A stretch of 64,000 nucleotides of DNA from Azolla caroliniana (taxonomy: Eukaryota > Plantae > Polypodiophyta), in assembly GCA_043228905.1 (NCBI GenBank), contig JBHGNT010000014.1, positions 1,426,001 to 1,490,000 on the forward strand, written 5' to 3'. A model generated the notes under the pieces. The model ran no database searches, had not been told where the DNA came from, and saw only the letters and a list, made by a program, of their open reading frames with translations. Each line of letters opens with the position of its first letter. The first letter of the stretch is position 1. Positions 39,955 to 54,169 of this stretch are shown piece after piece. The position numbers and the translations under genes were made by a program.

Positions 39955-40956
39955 TTTATCACAATAAAAAGTTAATTGCATCTTGAAGTCAAGTCTTTCT
40001 AAATTGATTGTAAACTGCCTGAAATATTTCCATCTTAATATATTAAAATTTATGCATTTAGAAAAAACGATTGTAAATTTTGCTCACAAAGGGAGATAAA
40101 CAAAGATTGTGATGGAATTTTCACTCAAAAATTTGAGCACTGAATGAAAAACTATATTCCAAATTTTTCATATTTTTACGAGAGACGAGATTCAATCCAT
40201 GCTTTTGTGTGATTGATGCACAATCCTCTAGATGTTTTCCAAAGGAATGTAGCAAGGTTTTCGTGTCAAAAATCCTAGTCTCAAGGAAGAAGTTACGAAG
40301 TAATTTCATGAACGATGGGTTTCAAACTTGGAACAGCGAATTTCATTGGATCAAAAATTGTGATCCTAGGGAAGAAATTACAAATCAAAAGAATTTAATA
40401 AATGGTAGATGTTGGACTAACCAAAGAACATTCATATTTTGTGTAGACAAACTTCTATGAAAGGAAAAAAGGAAATTTTGCATTACGAAAACTTTGGGGA
40501 TTTAAATTAACCAAATTTCCAAATCCGTCAAAAAAATCATTACCCAAGGGTTGAAGCTCTAAGGTATTCCCCTTACTTACATGGATTTTTCCACGATGAT
40601 TCCCTCATGGAAACCTCCATGTAAGGAAAAAGGGAGGAGAAGGCTTCTTGTCGAACAACAACATGGGAAGGATAGAGGGAGGAAGCAAACAACAACCGAC
40701 AACTTTCGATGCAAATTTGCTCAACATTGTGACCAACACTCAACATTCTAACCTATAGATTGTTGACTTCATACCAATTTACACCAATTCAAATATTCAA
40801 GCACGGGTTCCACATTATATCCCTTGGCAATTTACACCTACTCCACGTTCCGTTACACACTCATTTTCTTGTCTCTTCTAATTGAGCCTACCCTAATGGA
40901 ACCTTATATTCCTCAAATACCCCTACCATCCCAATGAAATATGTATTACATTGTGG

Positions 40957-42080
40957 AGTAGCCATGCAAGGGGCCATGTACTTAGCCCATGGAGCCACTC
41001 ATGTGACCACCATGTGTAAACATTAGGTGCCATGTGAGCATGTGTAATAGCCCATTTGGGCCCCTATATAAGTGGAGTGTTTGCCCATCAAAGAGGGCAG
41101 ATTAGATTTCCCTTCCTTCTTGCTTCTTGTGTATGCTACATATTGGTGGAGACTACACGTTCCTCTCCCGCACCTAAGCCAACCCCTCAACCTCAACCCA
41201 GACGTACATCATTTTAGCTCATGAGCACTTCGCCCTCTCCTCAACTCGAGTCAGTCGATAGTGAGTGGGTTTCCAAACCACACTTGGTTCGGAAGGACGA
41301 CCAAAGTTTTCGGTTTTGTGTCAACTTTTTCCTACTTAGTTGGGTCACCATCCACGATCAATACCCCCACCCTTGCGTCAATGACCTATTGGATCAATTG
41401 GGCAAGTCCGTGTACTTCACTTCATTGGATTTGGCATTTGGGTTTGGAAGATACCACTACTCCTTGATGACAAACATAAGACAACATTCTGAACCCAAAG
41501 CAGGTTGTTCCAATTTCAAAGAATGCCCTTCAGTCTTTCCGATGTCAGTGGCACCTGCCAAAGCATGGCCAATTTACAATATTTCAAGGTTTCATCAAAA
41601 AAGGGGTTGTGGTGGTCTACCTGGATGATATTCTCATGCATACGGCAAATTGACCCCGCCACCTCCAAGTGCTTCGTCAAGTCTTACAACGCATATCGGA
41701 AATGTGAATGGGGCTCGACAACCTTGTGTTTTCTCGAATTTCATGTATCAATTGCATGTGTCCAAATTGACCCCACGAAGATGGATGGTGCTCTAGACTT
41801 TTTTGGGTCCAATTTCTCCCTTCGTTTGTGCATGGCCTAGTGTCATTAACGCACCCCTTACGACAACTCTTGAAGAAAGGCACCAAATATGACTAGACTA
41901 AAGCATGCAAGGCACTATGCGCTTAACCCATGTGGTCATTCGTGTGACCACCATGTGTAAACATTAGGTACCATGTGAGCATGTGCAATGGCCCATTTGG
42001 GCCTCTATATAAGCGAAGTGTATGCCATCAAAGAGGGCAAAGTAGATTTCCCTTCTTGCTTCTTGTGTATATGTACTACA
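40957..42080 (+). mobile_element. Small internally deleted Gypsy derivative with ~180-bp LTRs (40957-41140, ~41900-42080) and an RT remnant
   Basis: Direct repeats ending CTACA. TGGTGGAG (tRNA-Ala-like PBS) at 41144. FRFCVNF, LLDQLG..YFTSLDL and VVVYLDDI. Confidence 0.7.
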
Positions 42081-43464
42081 ATACATATAACTTCAGCATA
42101 TTTCTAAAGATATGGTTTTCCACTTACAAAAATTATACAAACTAAAACACACATGCACGATACACTCAAACACTCACAATTACATATAGCACAGAGACAC
42201 TCAATTATTCACGTATAGCCTATCACAAATATAGTTGAAGGCATCCATACTTACGCATATACATAAAATGCAACAAACACTTGCACATTCACAACGGCAC
42301 ACCCAGACACACATTCACATTCACACAATTACACTTCACACATATACATACACACATACGCTTGAATGTGTTAGTGCAATCGCATGATAACAAAGACACA
42401 TATAGACACATGGAAGCACTAAATCACAATCAGATGAACACATACAAGCTTATGTGGCTCATATGCACATCCACATAATCCAATGCTCATATTCACCGAA
42501 CTGACTCACATTACTCATTGAAGGGCAAACTACATCAAATTTTCCTCATACACAAAGCATGTACCTACAAGTGCATTTACACCAAACAAAAAGTTCGTGC
42601 TCAACAATAAATATCATCTCTTGCAACCTTTCATCGATGATGACATAAGCTCATCTTCTTTGATTCAAGTTCCCAATGGTCTCGCTCAACTTTCATGGAC
42701 GCACACCCATTCTCATGATAGCTTTAGATTATGAACATCATTGTGATGACTTGCAAAAGTGTTCAAGATTATACATGCATCGAATAACATTGCAAAGACT
42801 CAATTTCACATTCAAATTCATGTTGAAGACTAATGACAGTTACTACCCACCACTAACCAACCATTCTCCTTAGTTTATTACTTCTTTGCAACCATCAAAA
42901 GGATGGACAATAATATATGTTCATGGATAAGAAAGACCTCATTTTTACACAACCTGGTGAGGTTAATCTGTTGGATATTGTAAAAGTTTTGAGTTCAGCA
43001 ATAGGGACACTATCTATTATATAGACCTCATCTACTTATTGAAAATAACTTTTCCGATTAACATTGCTTTCTAGTATCTTGTCATTAATATTCACTATGC
43101 ATACATAACATAGCTTCCAAACCGCAAAACAGCCATATCCTCAACATTGATTGAATTGAGTACTTTGAAGGTTGTCACTTGCTATAGTAGAGTACGAATG
43201 GTGAGCAAGAAAATTTAGTTCTCAACAAGAATATCATAAGACACGCACACACAAAGGTTGAGATCTCGGGTTGCAATATATTCCGAGAAAGGGGATTGAT
43301 TTTTAGCTCTCTTGAAGGGCTTCTATACTAGCAGCCCTTTTGGCGTGCACATGCACACGTAACACACACATACACACATAGGTTTGAGATAGAGGGAGGC
43401 TATATCTCTCAAAGGACTGCTATAGCAATATATCTCTCATCAATGAAATGAAGAGGATTTGTTT

Positions 43465-46400
43465 TTAAAGCGCCTCGATGGAAATAGCTTCTTGTTCGGG
43501 TCTTTTAAAATTAACCATATCCGGCAATACATCTTTGGTAGCACCACATGAGAGTCTCCTGAGGCTCGGGGAGACAATCATGGTCGTTGACGATGATGCA
43601 TCACCATCCAGCTCTAGGTTCATAAAAGATTTCCTTTTATGTGATTCCTTCCTATGAGCCGTCGTGCCCTCTATGTCATCTTTCATCATTACCCCATCCT
43701 CACCTTCCTTACCACCTTCCGATCGGATACCATCTCGGCTTTCATCCCGATCTTCTTTGTTACCACCTACGGAAGGATTCATTGATGTCACTGCGGTTAA
43801 TGGCACCATTGGTCCGAGACCATAATGTTCTCCTTCTGGTTCTTCTTTGTATTCTTTGTGTTCTCCTTCACCTTGTTCAGCCACAATCATTGATCCCATG
43901 AGTACACCCCTCGCCTCTTCCAAAACTGCGGGACTGTCATCCGAAGCATATAGAATCCTTTGCACCGCAACAATTGCCTGTGCACATTCATCAAATGCGT
44001 TTTGCCTTTCAGAAACTAGCTGCTATGTAGTAGAATTTGAGCAAAAATAATAACAAACCCTAAAGTAAAACCACACAACTATATATAATGTTGGGCTAAT
44101 CTTTTAACCTTTTTTCATGTAATACCCTAAAAACATATGCAGACATGGATGTCCTAAGATTTCAGCTTTTCATGAAACATTATAAAAGCATATAAATACT
44201 GGGAGAATCTCTCAAACTTTTTCATGAAATCCTATACAGCTAATATAAATATAGTCGTGAAACCCTACAACTATAGAAACATAGGTCTAAGCATTAAACG
44301 TTTAATGACATTTAACTTAAAAATAACAAAATCGAACTTGAGGCCTCTAAAAAAGGGCCACTAAGCCATTCACTGAATAATTGCTCCAAATGGTGATCAT
44401 TGAAAATAGCCATGAGAACCACCAATCATTTGGCTTTCTTAACCACTATACATTTATTTAGAACATGATGGATAAAAGTTAAATCAGAGAGGGATTTGTG
44501 ATACAAATGTATCAATCCTTACCGGCATATGTTCCAAACCCGGGTTTTGACATAAAATCTCAATGTCCCGGAGCTTTGCAAAGTAGAAATCACGCTCTTT
44601 CTCCAGATTGTCCACCGAGAGCTTTAGCTCAGTCATCTACATAGACAATCACATTGGTATTCCATACTAAAACAATAAACTTGAAAGGATTATTTCTTTT
44701 CATGACCATATAATATTTGTAGTTGACACTTGTTTCCATGATCATGAGTGAGTTACCTCTTCATAGAGAATGTCAAGTTGGACGGCAGGAATCATTGACG
44801 AATCGGAAGACAAAGAAGGAGAAACAGAGCTTGACACGGGGGGCATCTTACCATTCTTGGCACCTAAACGATAATCAGATTTTAGTGAGGCACCAACTAC
44901 AACAAAGTATGTAGTAACACCCTACCGCATTTTTATCATATAATACACCTAGCATAGTACGTAATATACTCGAATGCATTGGCAAACATTCTTTTATATA
45001 CGAATGCCAATGAATGCGTATGTTATCAAAAACATTCTTATGTTTTTTTACACTTTTTACCTTAAATTTCTTACCTTAGAATAAATAATGAATACAAAAG
45101 TATGGTATTTACCATACTTCAAGGGCGTTTATCATACTCGAATGTGAATGCGCGTATGGTACGTATGATTCATACTATGACACCTAGTACTACGAACTAC
45201 ATGAGTTAACATCGTCATGTCTACATATTCTGTGGAAGGAGCTAATTTACCAAGCATTCGTTTACGCACTATTGGATTATGTCCATACTCTATCAATCCT
45301 ATCACATTGCATAATTCCTTCCTTCAGTCTATATGTTTGCAATAGAAACCTAGCTATCAAACTCAATTTGGGCACATCCGGCATCATTCTCCTTTTCGGT
45401 TAGGCAATGGATTTACAGTTAGAAACAAACACTCACTCTTAGTTACAGCCTGTGGTGTTGAAACCTCGACACGTTTTGGACCTGACATGGTTGTCGTGGC
45501 TATCTTATTAGCTGCAGATGCTACCTTGTAATAAGCATTTGATGAGGCTGACTTCTTGTTGGTATCTTTGCCTCCCTTACATCCTTCTCTCCTCTCAATA
45601 GCATTGTAACTGGATTTATAGACAAAATTTATCAATAAAAGAGATGATGCAAAGCAATGCATGAATAGAAAGCAATATGTTACTACCATCCTTCATTAAC
45701 AAAAAAACTTGGATTCAATTTTGGGCCACATCACAACTCTAAATTCAGTGACCATGATGGTTTTTGAAGACCTCTATGCATATTTTGCTAATGATAGGTC
45801 ATATGACAGAGTTTTGGTAACACCGCCGACACTTTCTCGCATTCCACAATGCAGAAATATATCAATGGCATTTCCTACAAGGCCCAATTTGGCATCCAAT
45901 TCTTTCCTAATCACACGAAGGTTCTTTTAAATAACCTGACGGAGCCTCCATTGATCGAGTCACAATACCGCTTCATCCACTGAACAAATTCCAAGTTATC
46001 TAGAGGCCTTCCTTTCACAAGCTTGTTCACTTCAATATGCTGCAAAGATTGTTGAGTAAGAAAGTTCAATACTGAGATAATACATGCTACCGCACGATGA
46101 ATAACAGTTCCCCTTTAAACAAGGATGCAAAGTTTATGATGATTCTTTTGTAGCAAGGCTTGCCTTGTCAATCTTCAATTTGTTGAAGACATCTTGAAGA
46201 ACCTTGTAGTTTTGTATGCATTCGTACTCAGTCTTTGCATCAAAGTTAACCTAAGGTAAATCGAATATATACATATGTACATGATTAGATGTGTTCAGAG
46301 GAAAGTGCAATAGAACAAAGAGAGAGTGTGTGCGTGAGAGAGAGAGAGAGATAAAACGATAATTTAACCTTATGCATGGGAACTACACCAGGATGAACTG

Positions 46401-47182
46401 AATCCATGAGCTGACAATAGACAGCTCCTTTGGATGCCTGTGGAGAAAGAGTGAAACAAGAAACAAATGCTGTATAAGCCCTTAAGTTCATTCTCTCTGA
46501 GTTGAGGTGCAATCCAGAACAAAGAAACCCTAATTTCATTCAATAGTTGTATGAGACACAATGGATATAATGTTCGAGAACCACAAAGAGAGCCCTATTT
46601 TAACTACTCTGGGCAAATCCCAAAGCAGTGAAAAGTAAACCCAAATTTCAGCTATTTTGATCAAAACACCCAAGAACAAAAATGAGCGTAATAATTTTCA
46701 TCAATATTTGTATGATTTTCATAAACGTAGTAGAACCACAGCGAACCCCAAAAATGGATCAAATGTTGAATAAAAACCCTATACTTGATCAATGATGAGC
46801 AAAACCCCTGATTTCCTCCACACTAACAAAAAAAAACAGAAAACAAAACAACGGTAGATAAACAAACATAATCCTAGAATGCCATCGATGCTTGTAATGA
46901 GCCCCTAATTAGAAAGAAGAAGAAGTAGATTCGACAATGTTGTATGAGACCCAAACCAGAATAATGCAATAACAAAAGTATGTGGTAATGCATATGTAAA
47001 TAAATGTAAACCCTAAACTTGAGGATCAGAGCTTGTTATGGTACAGGGAGGACGAAGAAAAGACAAACGAAGATCAGACGGACGGCACCGACCTCTTCTA
47101 CTTTGATTAGATGGAGACGCAGAGTAGAGTTGATCCATTGCAGGATTTCGTTGCGACCCACAAAATAAGCACCATCCATCAT
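43465..47182 (-). CDS. EB1: Microtubule end-binding protein EB1 (EB1c-like), 8 exons, 418 aa: 47182-47093, 46437-46369, 46250-46164, 46039-45936, 45609-45437, 44863-44757, 44636-44523, 43977-43465
   Basis: [18 protein letters not shown]...GAVYCQLMD...[10 protein letters not shown]...GRPLDNLEF (CH domain); [20 protein letters not shown] (EBH). All splice phases join in frame. Basic KRK and RRLS motifs in the tail. Confidence 0.95.
44953..45179. mobile_element. hAT-type MITE in EB1 intron 5
   Basis: TIRs CATAGTACG / CATACTATG; perfect 8-bp TSD ACACCTAG at 44945-44952 and 45180-45187. Confidence 0.85.
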
Positions 47183-47377
47183 CCCAAAAGCTCAGATGAA
47201 TTCAAAGCGCGCGCAACACACACGCACACACGCACACACGCCGAGAAACAAAAAGAGAATCACAGAGACAGAGACAGAGAGGAAAAGAGGAGCAAGAAAG
47301 AAAAGAAGGAGAAGGAATCACACAAAGGAGCAAGAGAAAGAGAAGGAGTGGGTCTTCCTAATCTGCAGCAACTTCTG

Positions 47378-47976
47378 CTTCTTCTTCTTCTTCTTCTTCT
47401 TCTTCTTCGTTGGGGCTATGGTGGGAACAGAGAAAGACCCAACATGCAGATATGTGTGTGTGTGTGTGTGTGTGTGAAGAAGGATTTAGTTAGAATGAAT
47501 AAGGAGGTTTGTAATGTCTTTAAATCATGTCTTTTGAGTGTGTGTGTGTGTGTGTGTGAAGAAGGATTTAGTTAGAATGAAGAAGGAGGTTTGGAATGTC
47601 TTTAGATCATGTCTTTCAGTGTTTGTGTGTCTGTGTCTGTGTCTGTGTGTCTGTGTGTGCGCTTTAAGAAGGATTTGGTTAGAATGAAGAAGAGGGAGGT
47701 TTGTTATGTCTATCGATCGTGTTTGTGTCTGTGTGTTTGTGTGTGTTTGTTGGATGTGGTGGAAGGGAGTGGTATATGCCTGCGTGTCTGTGTGCGCTTG
47801 AAGAAGGATTTGGTTAGAATGAAGAATAGGGAGGTTTGTAATGTCTATCGATCGTGCTTGTGTCTTTGTGTGTGTTTTTGTTGGCTATGGTGGAAGGGAG
47901 TGTGGTATATGTATGTGTGTGTATACTGTGTACATACATATATAAGAAGTTTGCCCCCCCCACCCCCCCCCCCCCC
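47378..47976. repeat. (CTT)n, (TG)n, four ~55-bp minisatellite units and a poly-C tract upstream of EB1
   Basis: Units GAAGAAGGATTTRGTTAGAATGAA...GAGGTTTG at ~47476, 47558, 47666 and 47800, separated by TG-rich runs. Confidence 0.85.
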
Positions 47977-48599
47977 ATGAGCTCGGTCCCGTCGAAGCTC
48001 CTCATCCTTGCTAACAACAATGCACATCCTGTTGTCCCCTCTTGATGGATGGATGGATGGATGGGTTGTCCCCTCCATGGCTAACCACATTTATGTGAAT
48101 GTGCATTACTTTTACCTCAGTCTCTGCTCTCTCCTATCTTTCTTTCATCAATAATGTTGTCCCCAAACAGTCTGTCACCCTATATATTTATTTCTTATCA
48201 TTTGCATCTACGCCAAGGCTCGACACTCGCTCATTACACAACTTCACTAGGTCAGATCACACACACTATGTACGGGGTTTAGTTTATGACCTTTCCGCCG
48301 TCTTTACCGACAATAGAAAATACAAGGTCTTGCTATTGGATTAGCCTGCCATAAAAGGATTACCTCTGCATCATCCTCATCTCTCTCATCCATCAACCTT
48401 CTCCCATGCATATACTTTCTCCTATCATAAATTATTCATTGGTCCGAAAATTGGCTAGATGACTTGCATCCAATAAGTACCATGCATCAACATGTTCATC
48501 CTAGATTGGCACTCTGTCGTGTAATAACTTATAATATTATTCAATATTATCTTGTCCACATAGCATGCAATTAAACGAGGTAGCAAATAGACGAGGCCC

Positions 48600-49900
48600 A
48601 CCACAAAATATGTCGTTGGAATGGTACTCTGACATCAAACCCCATCTCCATGTGAGATGTGATTCATTTATAATTATAAAAAATAGACATCTTTTAGGTA
48701 GCATCGTCATGATGGGATGTTTTTTATTAGACATGTTTTGGTGATGAGAAACTTTTTTATCCAAGGCTTTGGGTTCCATGCATGTTCTCTTGTTAACTCT
48801 AGACAATATGCAAACTTTTCTTTGTAAGCACATATGGTTCATCTTTTCAAACATGGATTCGAGCATCCAAATATTACGACATCATGTGACCGTGACGTAT
48901 AACATGGCATGTTTGGGTGTATAATACCTTGGCATTAGTGTTGTCATATTTCCAACTCTGTATTAAATTCAAAAGATTGTTAGTTTAGGTATATCGAGTG
49001 AACCTTAAGATGATATCATATTGTATTCTAGTGATGGGATCAATGAAGGGGGTTAAAGTAACATCGCAATGTGTTGTCAAAGATTCAAGGAAAGTAAATT
49101 TGGGCAAGCCAAACTCAAGTCTAAAATTTTTATGTTTTTTGATGAAATATATTGTGGTACCGTTAATGGACGCAATGCTATGATACATTTTGGAGGCAAA
49201 AAATGGCACGTTGAATATTTCATGCACATGTGATATTCACATTGAGATGTTTTCTAATCAAGATTTGTGCATATGAATTGGTCTCAAGCCACACATAACT
49301 ATGCAACATAACTTAAATGGCAAGGTGAACAACAACCATATGTTGGATGGTGACATGAAGCTCAAAACATTTACGTGGTGAGGTTCAATCCAATACTTGA
49401 GGAATACAATAATCGATTTGAGTGGATAGCAAAAAAGTAACACCTAATTATGTGCATTGGAGGCTAGATCCTATTGCCAAACCCTATACTCCATACGGGC
49501 TTTCATAGGCTTTTGCGACAAACATTAGCTTCACTAACGTGATATACATGTGATGACAATGAAAGCATTAGGAGTTTCTTAATTTCTTGTCATTTTGCTT
49601 GAGCTTTCATTGATGGCCTTCATGAACATGTGGATGTCTTTGTAGTGAAGATATCAACATAATTAATAAAGTTGTAATGCACACAAAAAATGCAAACTGA
49701 ACAAGATAATTTTGAGCTCCTTCTATGGAAGACGACAATATCAAGAGTCATGTTTTCCTTTCTTAAGGTTAAGTTTTCTTCTACAAAGTCGAGACCAAGC
49801 CATACACACCAATAGTGTAATGGCCTTTTATTTGTCCTTCTAATACAAAAAGAATGGTATGCCCCACATTTATGGGAATATTGTGACCAGTGGTTGGTGA
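48600..49900 (-). mobile_element. Highly decayed CACTA-like transposase remnant
   Basis: Only scattered motifs (KDEPYVL, DYC..QVLD) reminiscent of the CACTA TnpD C-terminus; limits approximate. Confidence 0.3.
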
Positions 49901-51473
49901 TGCCACAAATTCAAACATCTCATTACAATTGGATAACAACACTAATTAATGGCATTGTTCCTTGGGTTTATACATAACAAAATGAGGATAGCAAGTATTC
50001 AACAAACGTTGTTGTTACAATCAACGATCCAACTAACATGTTTTGCATATTAGAGTGTAATATCGAGAACATAAGACATTACATATATAAACATGTTAAA
50101 AAAAGCAATAGAAGAAAGCAAAACATGCAAGTATTTTAAACGAGTGTGCATGCAAGACAAAGAGAGATTAATGCCATAAATCTCAAGTGTTATCTTTAAT
50201 GCGTAGAAAGAATATTATTGCTAGTAGTAGAAGGATTAGAATTTATACGAGCCCCTTTTTAAAAAAAATTAGGATGTTACGTAAGTATGCAAAATTGATG
50301 AGAGTGATTGCACGAAACTAAGTAATCAAAATAATATATTCCCTTCCGTTGTTGTCCCTTTGCCTTTTATTTTGTTCTCCATAGAGACAACTCACGTGGA
50401 GTTAGCAACAAAGCTTATGAAACACAAATAATGAATACACTTTCTTTAAATGAAGGTCGCGAGTTTTTTGGGGGATTATTGACATTGATTAAAATATTAT
50501 ATTTTTGCAATCAATTGCAACTTTCATATGTTAAAGAGGATAGAGAGCTTTCGTTAATATGATGGATACATAAGAATTTAGTCAAATCTGTATGTTAGTA
50601 TAATTAGTAGTTAGTGTATTGCCATTAGCCTAGTGTGAAGAATACAATCCTCATTATAGTTTTTCTTTTATATGATATTGTAATGCATCCAATTTTTGTT
50701 AAGAGTGCATTAATCTTAATTGAGCCACAAGGGTACTATAATTAGGTGGCAAACTTTTTCCTTTTAGTAAAAATTCAGAAATTTTCGGAGTACTCCAAAC
50801 ACTGATTCAGAATCTCAATTAAAACCTCAATGTGGGATCGTAATTTGCTATTAACTTTAATAAACGGTGATGTAGATGCAACGTATATGAGTTTGAGAAT
50901 ACACATAAGATATCAACTCACGTTATTTGTCTTTGTATACATCATTTATGGTATAAAATTGATATATCATATCAAATATGTTTGCTTGAAGGTCGAAGGA
51001 TATGGATTGATCTCTCATTAGTATGAAATTATTATTGTTCCTCCATACAATGCAATCACAGATGTTAGCAATAGTTTTTTTTCACATATAACCAATGCAT
51101 TTCGTTAATCGATGTCCATCATTGTGTAAGTCAATATCGATAACACGTTTATATTTTCATAATATCTAAACTACCCCTAGTTTGCTTAGCATGCAAGCTA
51201 TTCAAGTGAGTGTTTCCAAAGAATATTAAGCAACCATATCAAATTTTCAAGTAACCAAATCAAACAACATTGATGGAATTATGATGTAACATAGATCAAG
51301 CTCATTAATTATGCGTGGTAAAGTTATATTGAAACAACCTAATTATCATTAGCTAATTAACATGGTGCAACCCAATGAGATTGTCATGCAACCTAAAATC
51401 GTAAAACAAACAAACTATGAAGCAACCAAACAAGATTGTCATGTGGCCCAATTGCAACAGAAAATATGTAGCC

Positions 51474-52714
51474 CATGGAATTAGGGGTGGATGGATAATG
51501 AGATAGGAAATCATTAACGCTCTACTGATTAGGGAAACTACTACTCAAAGGACGACAATGGAGAAATGGATAGGCCATGAGGAGGAGGGATCTCTGATCC
51601 CGAGAGGTAGGGGATCACCAGACAGGATCGAAGGGTTTGAATTGCGAGACATTGAGACACCAACACAGAATAACGCAATTCGAGTACTCGCGTATACTGG
51701 TCCTAAATGGATTGTAGATCCTGATCCGATCAAAGTACAATCTGATTGGCACATATGTACTCATGAAAACACATGGCTACGTAAGGTCAGTTGGAACCCT
51801 TTGCAATGGACATGGCGTGATCCTTACGCGGGGCAAGGAAGCAAACCCATCCCTTTCTTCCAATTCACAACTAGATTGGGTCACCACATTCTAGTTGCTC
51901 AAACCGCCTGAGAGCCGGATGCTGCAAAGGTCTTGCACACATTTCAAGTTCCTCCCACAATTATCACCAAGTTTTGGCAAAAAATATGGAAACAACAACA
52001 CGCGAGGGAAATTACCACATTCCAATGGCTATTAATACATAAGTCCCTACCGGTGGGAGCATGGCAACGTGGGAACCTTAGCTCTCCTAATTGTGTAGAG
52101 TGCCCAAATGTAGTAGAATCAATACGACACGCTCTGTGGGATTGCCCAACGTCCCATCGAATATGGCGGGGGGTTGGCCACTTGTTGCAATTATGCCAGG
52201 TGCAAGGCTCAATCAAGTGGGGAAATATATGTTGGCTATCATGGCAGACCCCAGTTGGCAGATACGAGCATCAGGAGGAGGGGATGACTTTGGTGATAAA
52301 AGCACAAGAGGTTTTTTTCTCCACCAGCGGCAATGTCCACTCAACTCCTCTTAATGACAAATCTCAAGTTGTGTTGGAATTGGTCAACCCAATAACTCTT
52401 TGGCTTCTATGGAAACAACGGTGTAGACGGGTCTTCTCCAACCAAACCGCGCATCCAACAAGGTTACTGCAAGGGATATGGAGTGAAATTGTAGCCACTC
52501 TAAAGAGCCAATATAATGGCCTCAAGGGCGGCTCCGATGGAGTTGAAAGACAACGTATAGCCTTCATCCAACAATGGTTGTCCTCTCCCTTTCTTGAGTT
52601 AGTGGGCATCCACATAAGATGGAACTATCGCGTCCCTACAAGGATTTGTACATAATCGTCTCATTTGTAAAATTTTATAACTAATGGAAGGAGTTTGTTT
52701 TTTGGAAAAAAAAA
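51474..52714 (+). mobile_element. 5'-truncated L1-type LINE (ORF2 C-terminus, zf-RVT) with poly(A)
   Basis: FWQKIW..FQWLLIHKSLPVG..CVEC..ESIRHALWDCP..LWLLWKQRC; A tail; TSD AAAA(T/G)ATGTAGCC at 51461 and 52711. Confidence 0.85.
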
Positions 52715-53535
52715 GATGTAGCCTAACAATGTCATACTAGTTAATTATGATGCAACATTAATCATGTCATTTATTTTAGCTTTTTTATCTTTCCCCCTCA
52801 ATATGTTTGGAGTCCTGGGCCTATTCAGTGCATTGCCTTTGATCCTTTTATTTATCCCTTTGTCTTTTTACAGTCTGAAGAAGGGTAATTTTGATATTAT
52901 GGTGTTGAGGCTATAATCGACATATTATCTAACATCCACAAGGTAAGATTTGAAATATTGACTTATTACTTATTTGCATAAAAAAGGAGTAGATTTTGAA
53001 TATTGATTTCCCCTTGTTACCAATAAACGAGAGCTTTGGCACTTGGAAGCATTTATTTCAAAACATTATCCATTACAGTATGAATGGGATACAATAAAGT
53101 AGGCAGCTTATGCTTTAGTTGATTTTGAAGCATTATTCGTTCAAATGTGAGATGAACACAAAAGACGATTGTCTGCTCGCCTAGTCATTCGAAACTTTAT
53201 TTAGGAATTCCATTCAAATCAATTGTGATAATTAGACAACTAGTTGGTTAATTTTTCAAAGAATTATGAAATTGATATTGTGTTTAAACATAATGTGGAT
53301 TGTGACATGATGCTTTTAATTTTATTTGACCTCTACGATGCAAAAATTTAAGTAATGAAAAGGAGATTTGATACTTTTCTAAGTTTTACTTTTTATTGAG
53401 AATATATATTGATTGTTTCAAAACTCCATTTAGTAGAGTTGAATGATATTAGCATATTGGATGATTTATAGAACTAATATTTTTGTTGCATATCCCAAAA
53501 TCATGGACTATCGTTTTTAACAACCAATTGTTTGC

Positions 53536-54169
53536 TGCCATGTGAATCGACATAAGGGCCCATTACCATTTTGTCCACTATTGTGATTCTCCTCAACTGC
53601 CATCCTTATTTTGTTTTTGCAAGCACTACTTCAAAGTCACACCTCAAAGACAATTTATTCCGGTCTTTGGATTCTATCAATCATTTTAAATAATGTTAGC
53701 ACGACTATGACTTGGTAATAACTTTACACGCTTGAGGGCCTCCTCACCTAGCCAAACATTTGTCCCCATGCCAAGATTGTAACTTTAAGTGATGAATGCA
53801 ACTTTAAGGACAATTGAGCTCTTAAAATGGACAAGGCCACAAACTTTCTAATGCCATGTCAATCAACGTTAGGGCCCATTACTTTTTCGTCCACCATTGT
53901 GAGGCTCCTCAACTGCCACCCTTATTTTGTTTTTGCAAGCCCTAGTTCAAAGTCACACCTCAAAGACATTTTATTCCACTCTCTAGAGTATATAAATCAT
54001 TGTAAGATAAATGTTAGCATGACTATGACTTGGTAATAACTTTACACGCTCGAGGGCCTCCTTCCCTAGCCAAACAGCTGTCCCCATGCCAACATTGTAA
54101 CTTTAAGTGATGAATGCAACTTTAATGAAAAGTGTGCTCTTAAAATGGACAAGACCACAAAATTTCTAA
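53536..54169. repeat. Tandem duplication of a ~316-bp unit
   Basis: 53536-53851 aligns with 53852-54169. Confidence 0.85.

Noticed and set aside
42100-42480. His/Thr-rich ORF
   Set aside because: Degenerate (CA)-rich low-complexity sequence.
47111-47980. ORFs with poly-L and (CV)n tracts
   Set aside because: Translations of microsatellites, antisense to EB1.
53536-54169. hAT transposase dimerisation-domain remnant on the minus strand
   Set aside because: Only a vague RVAVE-like motif amid stops; reported as a duplication only.
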